A stretch of 64,000 nt of DNA, from IMG/VR virus record IMGVR_UViG_3300044796_000401; one strand, written 5' to 3'. The stretch's first letter is position 1. Every line of letters starts with the position of its first letter. Below the pieces are notes generated by a model that worked only from the letters and a program-made list of their open reading frames with translations, searched no databases and was not told where the DNA came from. Made by a program: the position numbers and the translations under genes. Positions 45,001-54,061 of the stretch are shown here, one piece after another. This stretch comes from a virus (taxonomy: Duplodnaviria > Caudoviricetes).

Positions 45001-47032
45001 ATCCAGCTAGCCAGTGGCGCATGAACGCATACAGGTAATCGCGCCCGGCGTTGCCACGGGAGCGGATTCTCTTGCGGAAGGCTGTGTTGGCGGCGTACAC
45101 CCTCTCCGCGTAGTTTGTGAGGTAGTCCACTACAGGCTCGGTGTTCTCACCAATGGAGTCTTGCAGCCCCTTGCCAACGAAGAACATTTGGACTTCGCGG
45201 ATGACGCTGTCAGCAATGACCGTGGGCAGGATCGGCGTGTCGTCCTCGATGGCGGAAGTCTTCTTGCTGCCGACCTTGGCTTCCTCTTCCTCGCGGCGGG
45301 GAACCCCGGTCTCGTCGATGGCCACGCCGATGGGCGGCTCGCCTTCCTGCTTTTCGACACGCTCCTTGACGGCCTTGACCGTGCCTTCTTGGGCTGCGGC
45401 TGCCTCGGTGCCCGGCCCGACGTTCGTAATCGGGGTCTCGTGAGCGGCGGGCTCGATGCAAGCGCATTTCTTGCCAGATGTTTTTCCTTCTTCCAGCAAG
45501 CCAGCACCATCAAAGCGGACGGTTTCACCATTGGCAAGCATTTCAATTGGGTCTTCAATCTGATAACGTTCATGCCAGTAGACGTTCCCGCTCGGGCTGA
45601 GAAGAATTGGAGCAGAAGTCAAAGCACCGACATCTTCCGGATTCTTCCATTCCCAGCCGTTGGAAAGTAGGTCTTCAAAGATGTCCATCAGAGCGTTGTC
45701 AGTCGGCTTGTCCTTGTAAGCGGGGATTTCCTTCAAGCCGAGTTCGGTCGCGGCGACATTCAAATTGCCTTGCGGATCAATCTTGAAGGAAACGTAAGCA
45801 CCCCGGTCATCGTCTTCGTGGGCGTCCTTGTGCCTCTTGGCAGCCTCGTCCAAGCACTTGTTGCAACGGTCGCCACGGGCTTCGTCACCCATGAGAGTTG
45901 CATGGCAGGTCTTGCATTTCTTATCGGCGGCTGACTTCGCTTCCCCCTCTTGCTTGTCTGTCTTCTTTTCAGAGCCGAACGGCGGGGCTTGTCTTCCACC
46001 AAATGCCTCGGCGGCTCCGGTTTTTGGAGCGTCTTCCTTGTCTTTCTTGCCGGAGGTGCTCTTGTTCTTGCAGAAATTGCAACCACAGTCGGGCTTGCGA
46101 CCCCCGACAGAGTTTTCGGATTCATGGGACTTGGCAAGCCCCTTCATCGATTCGTACGACATGGCTTCTTTGGACGCCACGCGGGGAACGTCGAATCCGC
46201 CGTCGTCGTGATGCTCTTCCCCGGCTTCCTCCGCCGTCTCGGTGCTGGGTACCAAAGCTTCGCTGAGCGCCTGATTGAGGGACTCGAACACGTCGAGTTC
46301 CTGCGGGTCCAGTACTTCCTGGGTCACGGCGTCGGCCGTGCGGTGGTTCAGGAAAATCTTCTTCTTGTTCCCGGCTTGCTTCTGGAGGTCCGGATACTGC
46401 GTGAGCAAGTTCTCGGCGAGGAACGGGAAATTCAGCTTCGGGGTGATGTCCGTAACGTCGATCTTGGTCGTGTTGGCGTTCGTCATGATGGCGTTGAATG
46501 CGCTCGACAGACGGGGATCGTAGTACGCCGCGAACACCTGATGCCGCAAGTTGTTCTTGAGTTGCGTCTCGTCCTTCGTGAACTTGAAGACAATATACTC
46601 GCGCTTGCTGAGCCAGTTGGGGGCGAACAGGACGAGGGACTCGAACTTGCCGTCTCCGACGCCGAACAAGCGCTCTTTGATTGTGTCGAAGTCAGCTTGG
46701 CTGTATTCGTCCCAATCGCTAATACCGATCCTCTTCTCGATCATGTCGCCGACTTCCTCGCCGCCGAATTCCCTTACGATGCAGCCGTAGAGCAACGCAG
46801 TCGGGAAGTCCTTGCGGTCGGAGCAGATAGACGCCGGAATGACATAGATGCGCCCGATGCAGATGTTGGCACGAAAGCCGCGATAGAACACCTCGAAGCT
46901 CTGGATGTTCCCGGACGAGCGGGCCTGTTTCTCCCCCGCTTGTACGGCCTCTGTGACTTTCGCCAGCAGGTCTTCGCTGATGATAAACGAACTGTAGCTT
47001 TTTCCAACGTTAGAATTTCCGCTTACGCCCAT
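42044..47032 (-). CDS. Very large acidic modular protein (about 1662 aa), probable virion-associated polyvalent protein
   Basis: Start MGVSGN just after the HNH stop. Duplicated NGWEW.NPED.GALTS...GNVYWHERYQIED domain; several Cys ribbons; many KxA linkers. Confidence 0.75.
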   Translation of the reverse strand: MGVSGNSNVGKSYSSFIISEDLLAKVTEAVQAGEKQARSSGNIQSFEVFYRGFRANICIGRIYVIPASICSDRKDFPTALLYGCIVREFGGEEVGDMIEKRIGISDWDEYSQADFDTIKERLFGVGDGKFESLVLFAPNWLSKREYIVFKFTKDETQLKNNLRHQVFAAYYDPRLSSAFNAIMTNANTTKIDVTDITPKLNFPFLAENLLTQYPDLQKQAGNKKKIFLNHRTADAVTQEVLDPQELDVFESLNQALSEALVPSTETAEEAGEEHHDDGGFDVPRVASKEAMSYESMKGLAKSHESENSVGGRKPDCGCNFCKNKSTSGKKDKEDAPKTGAAEAFGGRQAPPFGSEKKTDKQEGEAKSAADKKCKTCHATLMGDEARGDRCNKCLDEAAKRHKDAHEDDDRGAYVSFKIDPQGNLNVAATELGLKEIPAYKDKPTDNALMDIFEDLLSNGWEWKNPEDVGALTSAPILLSPSGNVYWHERYQIEDPIEMLANGETVRFDGAGLLEEGKTSGKKCACIEPAAHETPITNVGPGTEAAAAQEGTVKAVKERVEKQEGEPPIGVAIDETGVPRREEEEAKVGSKKTSAIEDDTPILPTVIADSVIREVQMFFVGKGLQDSIGENTEPVVDYLTNYAERVYAANTAFRKRIRSRGNAGRDYLYAFMRHWLAGWLKDHSPEAFRQLPSGFASGEELPRTVSEKKATNGDSQNEENPLQNAAEGVGSAISTAVKVLPEVLASDKEAAITKNRSRTGKRYPGTHPDAGRLMPASSSNSLGSGYSAAYGTGGFHDKHSFPPKDVRAYLIKTTTPDAQPHHAMLDHAAEIDAGKWGPNPTLKTAAQQIKADFIAEHIAADFDEGYEVASLKTKKAYDEREAKLNKLRPKQADVALDIDSIWEEITEDMGPAPLVDIDVPGETATQPEGSTDGRPNKKDVGELPEAFKSDEPEDDKALSEPEAEAQEDSMPEAKQEHDEPESDKPWQVSSSMEDFVKEAADELESDAPKFGCDQCEMLSINGIPCHELGCPNGKKTWVPEKGWVRYNECPICGSDVEEGESCNCQEPSEEEELYEKPDLDKSGEPLEGDIHTSAKKVKADKPKRADIADNAVDADKGEAPTKETGESSTVQHHKEYDKQQSKGAGGFEKQVHCEKHPAWDATCRGCQAAYRAAQSDEKPRGYEAENLRHHPDFKSTLTSRTGVSQKKADTADNPYNWKDGDGAPEDKKNAVKADTSGPNARSASALGTITTPKPKKPIDNIGPSDGPTGQKLADGIQQDLAKAKAESVSPYATNSNTKPETTSAEELRSKTAAEPTGKFDGLYVTAVYSKGGITLKPTPELLNEVAENKADVGKGFVEWNPQLHDLLEDFTGNGWEWVNPEDIGALTSGEIISDPGGNVYWHERYQIEDMVEELVSGKNVWMQYGGNLYDEEEPASEPDPNQMSLPLTSSDVSRDVAEAKSETVSPDTVDTDIHQETESVPEAAKVAAPVSGDVAEAKSETVSPDTVDPSIKRETKSVPEAAKVSASEIPVAQGETESGKQPVSNLGGGAPEALDVPAILASDKEASGLFESQEQNPRIGGERASRGECPRCFSPDTETFTVAEGKKMFCHECNQIVWTFGQMAAGKEAAAGDNLPEEIPIDLGAGDLADVVMAEEPEAGEDK
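42465..42673 (-). repeat. In-frame tandem repeat, 114-nt (38 aa) period
   Basis: DVAEAKSETVSPDTVD...ET.SVPEAAKV occurs twice. Confidence 0.9.
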
Positions 47033-47033
47033 G

Positions 47034-47606
47034 TTATTCTCCCGCTCCGATTGCCACTCCAATCGAATGCCTGTAAATCTTTGAAATGTGCCGCTTGAAA
47101 TTCTCAACCGACATAGCGGCCTTCATCCTATTGCAGTCCCAGCAGCAAGGCACAACATTGCCCTCGACATACCCGTCCGTGCTTTTTAGCCTGTCTATGC
47201 CGTTGCAAATTAACTCTTGCACACAGTGTTGGTGCCGAACAATTCTCGTTGGTACATCTCCGCAGTAAAAACAGTCTGCCGCAATCAACTCAGTGAAGCA
47301 TTCAACAGACAATCCCCAAGATAATTTCCGCCTACCAGCGTTGCGCCTGTAGTACTCCAGTACCTTGTTTCTATTAGCTTCATTATTCGGAAGCCCGTTG
47401 GCTTTTCCGACTCCGGACATGAAATCCTTAAGTAAGCAACCACAACTTCTTGTATGCCCGTACCTCAAGTCGCATCCGTTAACGACTGGAGTTGCCCCAC
47501 AATCGCACTGGCACAACCACGTTGGCTGCCCATGTTTATTGGTACCTACTTTTTTGATAACCAATAAACGCTCAAACCGTTTTCCGGTCAGGTCAATTAA
47601 TCGCAT
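47034..47606 (-). CDS. HNH-like homing endonuclease (paralogue of 26291..26848)
   Basis: DLTGKRFERLLV...WLCQCDCG...SCGC, then CFYCG...NGIDR...GY..GNVVPCCWDCNRMK. Confidence 0.85.
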   Translation of the reverse strand: MRLIDLTGKRFERLLVIKKVGTNKHGQPTWLCQCDCGATPVVNGCDLRYGHTRSCGCLLKDFMSGVGKANGLPNNEANRNKVLEYYRRNAGRRKLSWGLSVECFTELIAADCFYCGDVPTRIVRHQHCVQELICNGIDRLKSTDGYVEGNVVPCCWDCNRMKAAMSVENFKRHISKIYRHSIGVAIGAGE

Positions 47607-48115
47607 TTGGTTTCCGTAGTAAAATCCAACTTATCAACAGCTTTTCTTATTCCCGGTTCCCGTTGGGCCATTTCATCCCTCCACTGACGGAGAAATTGTT
47701 GAACGGTACTCTCGTCGATACCGATTTTCTTAAGGGTATCAACCGCTCCCTGGCGATACTCTCCTAGCACAAAAGCCAAACGAGGACCATCAAAGTTCAA
47801 AAAATCCTTCTTGCTGAGCACGTCGGACTCCATCAGTTCCTTGCCGAGTTCGCGGAACGCCTTGACTTGCGATTCCAGCACCTTGACCTTCAGCCCGTCC
47901 AGCATGTTGGTGCTCACATCCTCGCTGCAAATCATCATCTCTGCCGTGACAGAGGCGATCTCGGCGGCTATTTTCCGCTTGATGGGTGCCAGCGGGGCAT
48001 CCGGGTCGTCGATCATTTCGCGGATTTCCTTGATCTTGGAAAACCGCTCCCGCTCGCTCATGACGGGCGTGTGGGAGACTTCCCCGTTTTTTTCTACCTT
48101 GAGTTCCTCGTTCAT
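47597..48115 (-). CDS. Hypothetical alpha-helical protein
   Basis: 172 aa, coupled to the upstream gene. Confidence 0.7.
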   Translation of the reverse strand: MNEELKVEKNGEVSHTPVMSERERFSKIKEIREMIDDPDAPLAPIKRKIAAEIASVTAEMMICSEDVSTNMLDGLKVKVLESQVKAFRELGKELMESDVLSKKDFLNFDGPRLAFVLGEYRQGAVDTLKKIGIDESTVQQFLRQWRDEMAQREPGIRKAVDKLDFTTETKCD

Positions 48116-50202
48116 TAATCGACATCCACCTTGAATGAAGCGTTCGACTCCACGTCGAGCCGATCCGGTTCGTCAGCACTAATATCCTGCTGCGCTGCCG
48201 GGCCGGACAGATCGTACTCGTTCAAGATAGAGTGCCCGTCTTCCGCCTTCTTCGACGCCGTCTTCTTGCTCGGGTCGTTCATGCCCGGATAGGCAAGAAT
48301 CGGGGCATCCCCGCTGCTGGCGACCACCCGGTCCGCCGGAGGACGCACCTGTTCGAGCGTGCGAAGCGCCTCGGGCTTGAACCCGACCCTTGCGAGGAAG
48401 GACTGGTCGGATGCGTTGACCTGAATCCGCCCCGGCACCCTCTTCAGTTTGGCGAGGTACTGGGCTACGACCCTCTTCGCTTCCGGCGTGCCCATCTTCT
48501 TGGCGGCGACGGCAAAAATGCGCTCGATGCTGTGCCCCTTCTGGTGCATCAGCCTGACATCAGCCGCGGTGATCGCCGCCTCGGCCGATTCCTTCTGTTG
48601 CGCCGCCACGACGGAAGCCGTGCGCTGGGCGAAGTTGCCGCTCACGCGCATCGCGCCGCGGTCTTCCTCGACCGGGCGTGCCGGGCGTCCAAAGTGGCTC
48701 GGGCAGGAAGCGCACTTCGCGCTGCCTTCGAACTTCTCGTTGCGGATGCCGATGGAGTTCAGGAATTGGAGGTCGGACGCGGCTATCACGATCCTGCCCC
48801 TGTCGTTCTTGCGGAGCGACTGGACGAAGCCCCTGAATGCCACGCTGGTCTCGATCGAGCCGAACTTCTTGTCGGCCCACTTGTAGGCGTCCTTGAGGGA
48901 TACGCCCTTGTCATGGAGCTTCGCGAGGTGCCCGGAAGTGAATGTCCGCCGCACGGGCTGCGTGCGGGCCGCCTGATTATAGACACTGGCGTCGGCGGTC
49001 TTGACGATCTGCGTCTGCGCCGTCTTTCCGGCGTCGAACGGCTGGACATGCTCGTCCGTGCGGTTGGCGATTTGCACCAAGGCGGCGCGTTTCTGCTTCA
49101 GCGGCACGCCGGGCGTAAGGTTGTTCACGATCTGGCTGAGTTCCCCAGCGTTCGCCACGACCGGGAGGTGGTACAGATTGCACCGCTTGCCAGATGCGTC
49201 CTTCTTGAAGAACGTACAGCCGGGGCACGCCCCGATCTGCTTGACGCTCTTCGCCTGCGGCTTGATGCCAGCCCTCTTCATCCCCTCGAAGGAGGCGACG
49301 CACTCGTTGGAGCCGCTGCTGCCCGTCACTTCGTAGGGCTTGGTGCTGAAGATGATGCGGTCGCAATGCGGGCAAAGGCTGTTGCCTTGGAGAACCTTGG
49401 GGACGACATCCTTTTTGCACTCGGTGCAATACAGCTTCCCGCCGAAGCTCATGCTTTTCGCTTCCTCGACGCCCTTGTTCCAGGCAAGCTCGTCCTGCTC
49501 GCAAGTGCACCTGTCGCCGGGCTTGTGGCACAATGCGCAGGTATCGTGCTTCAATGCCCCGGCGTTGTGGCGATAGTTCGGATTCTGCTTATCCATAAAC
49601 GTGTTGGGCTCAAGGTAGGCCATGCCCAGCATTCCGGCATTGCGCTGGAGATAATCGGTCGCCGTCGTGTGGTTGAAAAGCTCAAGCTCGGCCAGCTTTT
49701 CGAGCTTCTGGGCGACCTTCGCCGGGGACGTGCCTTGGTTGAGCAGCCCGCGGATGTACTTCTGGACCGCGGCATCGGTGACTTCCTTCTTGTCGGCGGT
49801 GTTCTCCTTCAGGTTTCCCCCGGACGCGGCCTGTTCCAAGCTCATCGTGACTTCGTTGAACAGCGAATCGCTGTCGCCGTAAGCGTTGCGGTACTCATCT
49901 TCTCGGGAGTAGGCGTCCTTGTGCCAATTCTCCTGCACGGCGGAGACCCGAGGAGACGCTTTCTCCTTCTCGCGAAGGCGATCCGTGAGGGTGGCGCTCT
50001 TCGACGGCGGGATGGGGGTGTGCTTCGAGGCCGATTCCGAGATTTCGTCCATGAAGTCCCGATCGATGAGGGAATGCGTGCGGTCGAGCGTTTCCTCGCC
50101 GGACTTTTTTGCCTCGTCAAGATCGAGGTCTTTCCACGAGGGTTCCCTGGAGTCAAGAATTTCATCCAAAATACTTGTATAAGGCAGTTTTTCTTTCGCC
50201 AT
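48115..50202 (-). CDS. Large hypothetical protein (695 aa) with Cys ribbons and KxA linkers
   Basis: Start MAKEKLPY just after the GIY-YIG stop. CALC, CTEC..CPHC, CPGC and CASC motifs. Confidence 0.72.
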   Translation of the reverse strand: MAKEKLPYTSILDEILDSREPSWKDLDLDEAKKSGEETLDRTHSLIDRDFMDEISESASKHTPIPPSKSATLTDRLREKEKASPRVSAVQENWHKDAYSREDEYRNAYGDSDSLFNEVTMSLEQAASGGNLKENTADKKEVTDAAVQKYIRGLLNQGTSPAKVAQKLEKLAELELFNHTTATDYLQRNAGMLGMAYLEPNTFMDKQNPNYRHNAGALKHDTCALCHKPGDRCTCEQDELAWNKGVEEAKSMSFGGKLYCTECKKDVVPKVLQGNSLCPHCDRIIFSTKPYEVTGSSGSNECVASFEGMKRAGIKPQAKSVKQIGACPGCTFFKKDASGKRCNLYHLPVVANAGELSQIVNNLTPGVPLKQKRAALVQIANRTDEHVQPFDAGKTAQTQIVKTADASVYNQAARTQPVRRTFTSGHLAKLHDKGVSLKDAYKWADKKFGSIETSVAFRGFVQSLRKNDRGRIVIAASDLQFLNSIGIRNEKFEGSAKCASCPSHFGRPARPVEEDRGAMRVSGNFAQRTASVVAAQQKESAEAAITAADVRLMHQKGHSIERIFAVAAKKMGTPEAKRVVAQYLAKLKRVPGRIQVNASDQSFLARVGFKPEALRTLEQVRPPADRVVASSGDAPILAYPGMNDPSKKTASKKAEDGHSILNEYDLSGPAAQQDISADEPDRLDVESNASFKVDVD

Positions 50203-50204
50203 AG

Positions 50205-51200
50205 TTATGCGGCAGCCGAGGCTGCTTTCTCCTTCTTTAAACATGTAACTTGTGCTCTGTTGGCGCAAGCGGAACTACAATATTTTCTTACTCCCGCGAG
50301 ACACAAATCCCTCCTGCGCAAGACAATCGAAGAACCGCACGTTAAACACACATTCGGATGGGTAAGGTATTCATTCCATTCACGATTATGACGTTCTCGA
50401 ACCGATTCGCTGCGCAAAGTACGCACAAAACGATATACGCCTTGAACGCCTTTGGTATACCCGAGTGCTTGTAACCGCCCCCAAATTGTAACCCCGTCTA
50501 GCTGTGGCATTTGTTGGAGCCATGAAGTGACAATCTCCCGAAAGGGCTCGCACTCCCTATGAATACGAGGACTCAAAAGTTGTACTTGACGCATTCTATC
50601 TGCCTGAGCTTTACGCCGTGTGGCGGTCCAATGCTCTTGCTGTTCTTTTCTAAAAATCGGATCATTCCAAGCAGCTTTAGAGATTAAACTCATACGTGTT
50701 TTTATGTCTGCCGGATATTCCCGTTGCTTGTTGTACGCAGTAAAACGCTCTCCGTGGCGCTTTTTACGTTCGTGGTTGGATTGCCATGCTGCCTTGCGCG
50801 ACGCGCTCTGTCTGTCACGGAATTCCTTTGATAACCACAACCGCTTGGAAATCCCGCTTTGTTGTTTTCGCCTTGCGGGTGAGAGTTTGATTCCAGAATT
50901 CCTGCCCGCTAGCGGCATGACGTTGTACCCATTTTTAACCGCGTCGAACGAGTTTATCGCCATCTGTTCGTGCCACAACAGGTCTTCCTTTGGGCAAAAC
51001 GCCAACATCTCAAATTCAAAGGCGGCGGGTCCGTATTTATTCCAAGCGCGTTGAAAATGGATGCTGTGGTGCCCGTTGGCCTTAAGAAGCCTTAGATGGG
51101 CAGCTTTTCGTTCTCGTACTTTGGCAGAACTCCCAATATAGGATTTCTGGGTGATTGTGTTCAGCCAGCGATAGACCCCGCAATTGAAAAAGTCTGTCAT
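50205..51200 (-). CDS. GIY-YIG homing endonuclease
   Basis: GVYRWLNTITQKSYIGSS...R...AWNKYG...EQ...GYN. Confidence 0.9.
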   Translation of the reverse strand: MTDFFNCGVYRWLNTITQKSYIGSSAKVRERKAAHLRLLKANGHHSIHFQRAWNKYGPAAFEFEMLAFCPKEDLLWHEQMAINSFDAVKNGYNVMPLAGRNSGIKLSPARRKQQSGISKRLWLSKEFRDRQSASRKAAWQSNHERKKRHGERFTAYNKQREYPADIKTRMSLISKAAWNDPIFRKEQQEHWTATRRKAQADRMRQVQLLSPRIHRECEPFREIVTSWLQQMPQLDGVTIWGRLQALGYTKGVQGVYRFVRTLRSESVRERHNREWNEYLTHPNVCLTCGSSIVLRRRDLCLAGVRKYCSSACANRAQVTCLKKEKAASAAA

Positions 51201-51520
51201 TAATCGAAGCTCAAATCATCAAGAATGTTAGCCAAAAACGTGGCTGGCTTATCCTCGGGGGCACCGGGGATTGAGTCCCCATCGTCAACCTCAGAGCCGA
51301 CTAATTTCCGTATTTTTCCGTCCTTGACCTGCCAGAAATCGTGGGATGCGGGGCATTCGTAGATCGACCCAGCTACCCGAGTCAGCCCCCAACTGGCGAT
51401 CTGCTGGCGGACCTCCTCGGAATAGGCCGCCAAGCTGGCGAAGTGGTTCTTGGAAAATACTGTTTCCGTGGCCTTTTCGCTGCCGAGGCCGTACACCTTT
51501 TGGGGATAAGTTTTGCGCAT
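51200..51520 (-). CDS. Hypothetical protein (106 aa)
   Basis: Start MRKTYPQ with GAGGG RBS; this is the 3' part of ORF 51200..52351. Confidence 0.65.
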   Translation of the reverse strand: MRKTYPQKVYGLGSEKATETVFSKNHFASLAAYSEEVRQQIASWGLTRVAGSIYECPASHDFWQVKDGKIRKLVGSEVDDGDSIPGAPEDKPATFLANILDDLSFD

Positions 51521-51529
51521 AGTGCCCTC

Positions 51530-51545
51530 ACTTAAAGGGGCGAAA
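51530..51545 (-). promoter_or_regulatory. Recurrent upstream motif TTTCGCCCCTTTAAGT
   Basis: Identical to 36187-36202; 10 nt upstream of ATG 51520. Confidence 0.55.
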
Positions 51546-51631
51546 GTAGGTTTCCACACAAAATACCGCTTTTTCGACCCTCTATTAGGGGCCTTGAAAG
51601 TCCGACTTCCGCCCGCTTTATTGAGGAAACC

Positions 51632-52456
51632 ATGCAGATCAAAAACATCGGTATTTTCGACTCGACAGCCATAATCACTTCGCCTCCGGCCGCCACCGCA
51701 ACCGGGGCATGGATCGACATCAGCAACCTCGTCTCTTTGTCCGTGCATATCACGGGAGTCGAATCCAAGACGTGGATCGAGGTCAGCAACGACCCCTACG
51801 TCAACATCGACGGCAGCGGGGCCTCGGGCACCGACCTCGTGGCGGCACCCGTCTCTGGACCGACCCTGAGCCAAGGCCCGGCGGCGTTCGGCGGCCTCAG
51901 CAACCAAGGCACCTACTTCGTCAAGGTCACGTACATCACCCCTTGGGGCGAGACCACGGCAAGCCCGGAGTCCAGCCTCGCCGTCAGTGACAACTATGTC
52001 CTGTTCATCGCCCCGCCCCCCGCGGACGTGACGGGGTTGGCCGCGGGCTGGAACGCCTACGTGGGCAAGTCCAGCGGCAAGGAAGTGCTTCAGACCGGAC
52101 CGGCCTACATCCCGGCGCATACCGTGGACGCGACCCCCGGCATCCATTTCGCCATCAACGGCGTCCTTCCCTTGGGCATCGGCCTGAGCCTGGTGAACGG
52201 CTACGCCAGCACGGGCGTGGCGGTCCCGGCTTCCAACACGGCTGGCGGCATCGGCGTGGGAACAAACGTGTTGGGCACGAGCGGCGACCTCAGTTCCGCC
52301 TCGCAGACGGACGCCGCGATCTCCATTTTCAAGGACACCAACAACAACCAAGTGGTCTGGTCTCCGGCGGGCATGACGTGGAAATGGCTCCGCGTGCGCA
52401 AGACCCCGCTGGGCTCGCTTGACACCGTGGCTTGGCTGACAGGGCAGAACGGATAA
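51632..52456 (+). CDS. Probable structural (beta-rich, G/A/T/S-rich) protein
   Basis: GAGG RBS; YFVKVTYITPWGET..SPES motif typical of phage tail/virion proteins. Confidence 0.55.
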   Translation: MQIKNIGIFDSTAIITSPPAATATGAWIDISNLVSLSVHITGVESKTWIEVSNDPYVNIDGSGASGTDLVAAPVSGPTLSQGPAAFGGLSNQGTYFVKVTYITPWGETTASPESSLAVSDNYVLFIAPPPADVTGLAAGWNAYVGKSSGKEVLQTGPAYIPAHTVDATPGIHFAINGVLPLGIGLSLVNGYASTGVAVPASNTAGGIGVGTNVLGTSGDLSSASQTDAAISIFKDTNNNQVVWSPAGMTWKWLRVRKTPLGSLDTVAWLTGQNG

Positions 52457-52577
52457 GAGCTTCCCCCGTCCAATCTATGCCCGACTCGTGTCGGGCTAAG
52501 CATCAAGGTGCCGGGGCTGGGGGATGAAACAAAAGTCCCGGCACTGTTATTAGCATAAAAATTGAGTATTTATAGGC

Positions 52578-53456
52578 ATGCGATCAGGACGCACGTACGA
52601 AGTTTTTGTGGGCGGTAGGCCCGTGGGGCTCGTGGGGAGCACCATACGGACACTTGCTAAGCGAAGAGTAAATGGTTACACAAGACGCTTTGGTCAAGGC
52701 GTTGAACTTCGTCTCATCCGCGAAATCCCTCGTCCTGAGGACTATTCCGACTCGGACTACAATTTCTATCTCAAGGCTTGCGAGGCGATGGACATCGCCC
52801 GCAAGAAGACCTACATAGAGCACGGCGGACTGAACAAGATTTCCCCGTTGATTCAGGCATATGGGAAATCTATCCTTGAAGAGGAGATGGGGAAAATTGG
52901 AGGTCGTATCGGCATCCGTAAAATGCCCCGAGAAGCGATGCTCCGCGGTGCGAGTAATGCGGGTAAGATTGGCATTAAAAAGATGTCACGTGAAGCAAAA
53001 GTTCGCGGTGCACTAAACCAGCCTCGGGAAGCAAAAGTACGGGGCGGCCTTACGCAAGGTCTGAAACATAGAGAAAACGGTACGGGTATATTTAGCTTAA
53101 CGCCGGAAGAACGTAAACAGGCTAGTAGTAAGGGCGGGCGTAAAGCTGTTGAGAGCGGGCATCTGGCCAAAGTACGCACCGTAGAACATCAGCGAGAAGC
53201 GGGGCGTAAGGGCGGACGCAAGAGTGTTGAATCGGGGCATCTAGCACGTATTCGTGCGCCGCTTGATCATACTTCAGAACATCAAAGGAGAGCGGGTTGT
53301 ATTGGTGGTCGGATCGGTGGACCCGTTTCTATTCGTAAAATGCCCCGCGAAGCAAAAGTCCGTGGAGGTCAAATTAGTGGCTGTAGACGTTGGAACGTCA
53401 ATCGTGGAAAGCCCTGCACTTGCGGGCAGCATCGAAACTACTCCATCATGGTATAG
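52578..53456 (+). CDS. Divergent GIY-YIG-like endonuclease with KMPREAKVRG and RKGGRKxVESGHL repeats
   Basis: GRTYEV...LVGST..R...E...GGLN N-terminus, followed by multiple short basic repeats. Confidence 0.6.
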   Translation: MRSGRTYEVFVGGRPVGLVGSTIRTLAKRRVNGYTRRFGQGVELRLIREIPRPEDYSDSDYNFYLKACEAMDIARKKTYIEHGGLNKISPLIQAYGKSILEEEMGKIGGRIGIRKMPREAMLRGASNAGKIGIKKMSREAKVRGALNQPREAKVRGGLTQGLKHRENGTGIFSLTPEERKQASSKGGRKAVESGHLAKVRTVEHQREAGRKGGRKSVESGHLARIRAPLDHTSEHQRRAGCIGGRIGGPVSIRKMPREAKVRGGQISGCRRWNVNRGKPCTCGQHRNYSIMV

Positions 53457-54061
53457 AGTTCCAACATAGTTTTTGATTGTCCGACCGGGTGTGCATTATC
53501 CCCAGTACAATCGCATATAGCTACAGCCCGCTTAAAATCGGGCACGGACCATCCGGGGATAATAAGGCAGTGCCGCCTATCGTATAACGGTTGAATCCCA
53601 GCATCGTGAAGCACGCTTCCAACCCAACGATCCTCTGCCCACTCTCCTGTAGGAATCTCAGCGTTAGCTACTATCTTCATCGCACGTTCGTCCAACCAGT
53701 ACGCAAACCCGCTACACCATGGTTTTGGGGGGGTTTGATTAACAAATCCTGTATAGGAATTGGTTGGCAAAGCAGCGAGCATGCGTTGGGGGTGTACGCA
53801 TGTATCATCGTCGAGCTTGCAGACTTTCTGGTATCCGTTCGCCAGCGCCCATTGGAGCATCAGCCGTACCTTGAGGGGAAGGCTGTGATAGTCGTCGGGA
53901 CAACCGTCAAGAAAAACCTCATCAGGAAGCGGTTCCCTTTCTTGTTTGGCGAGGAAAAAGCGGACATCCGCGCCCTTGACAAGCGGCACCCACGTCGCCC
54001 GCTGGGCGTCGGCTCGTGCCTTGAATTTTTCGCAGGTTACGATGGCTAGGAGGAGTTTCAC
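53438..54061 (-). CDS. GT31/Fringe-like glycosyltransferase
   Basis: QRATW, LPLKV, KLDDDT, SGFAYWL and AEDRWVG. Confidence 0.75.
   Translation of the reverse strand: MKLLLAIVTCEKFKARADAQRATWVPLVKGADVRFFLAKQEREPLPDEVFLDGCPDDYHSLPLKVRLMLQWALANGYQKVCKLDDDTCVHPQRMLAALPTNSYTGFVNQTPPKPWCSGFAYWLDERAMKIVANAEIPTGEWAEDRWVGSVLHDAGIQPLYDRRHCLIIPGWSVPDFKRAVAICDCTGDNAHPVGQSKTMLELYTMME

Noticed and set aside
47597-48115. Terminase small subunit
   Set aside because: Size and helicity fit, but there is no recognisable motif and it is 11 kb from terL; left as hypothetical.
47034-51200. Group I/II introns housing the endonuclease genes
   Set aside because: Flanking genes are complete, with stops and starts abutting the endonuclease ORFs, leaving no room for intron cores.
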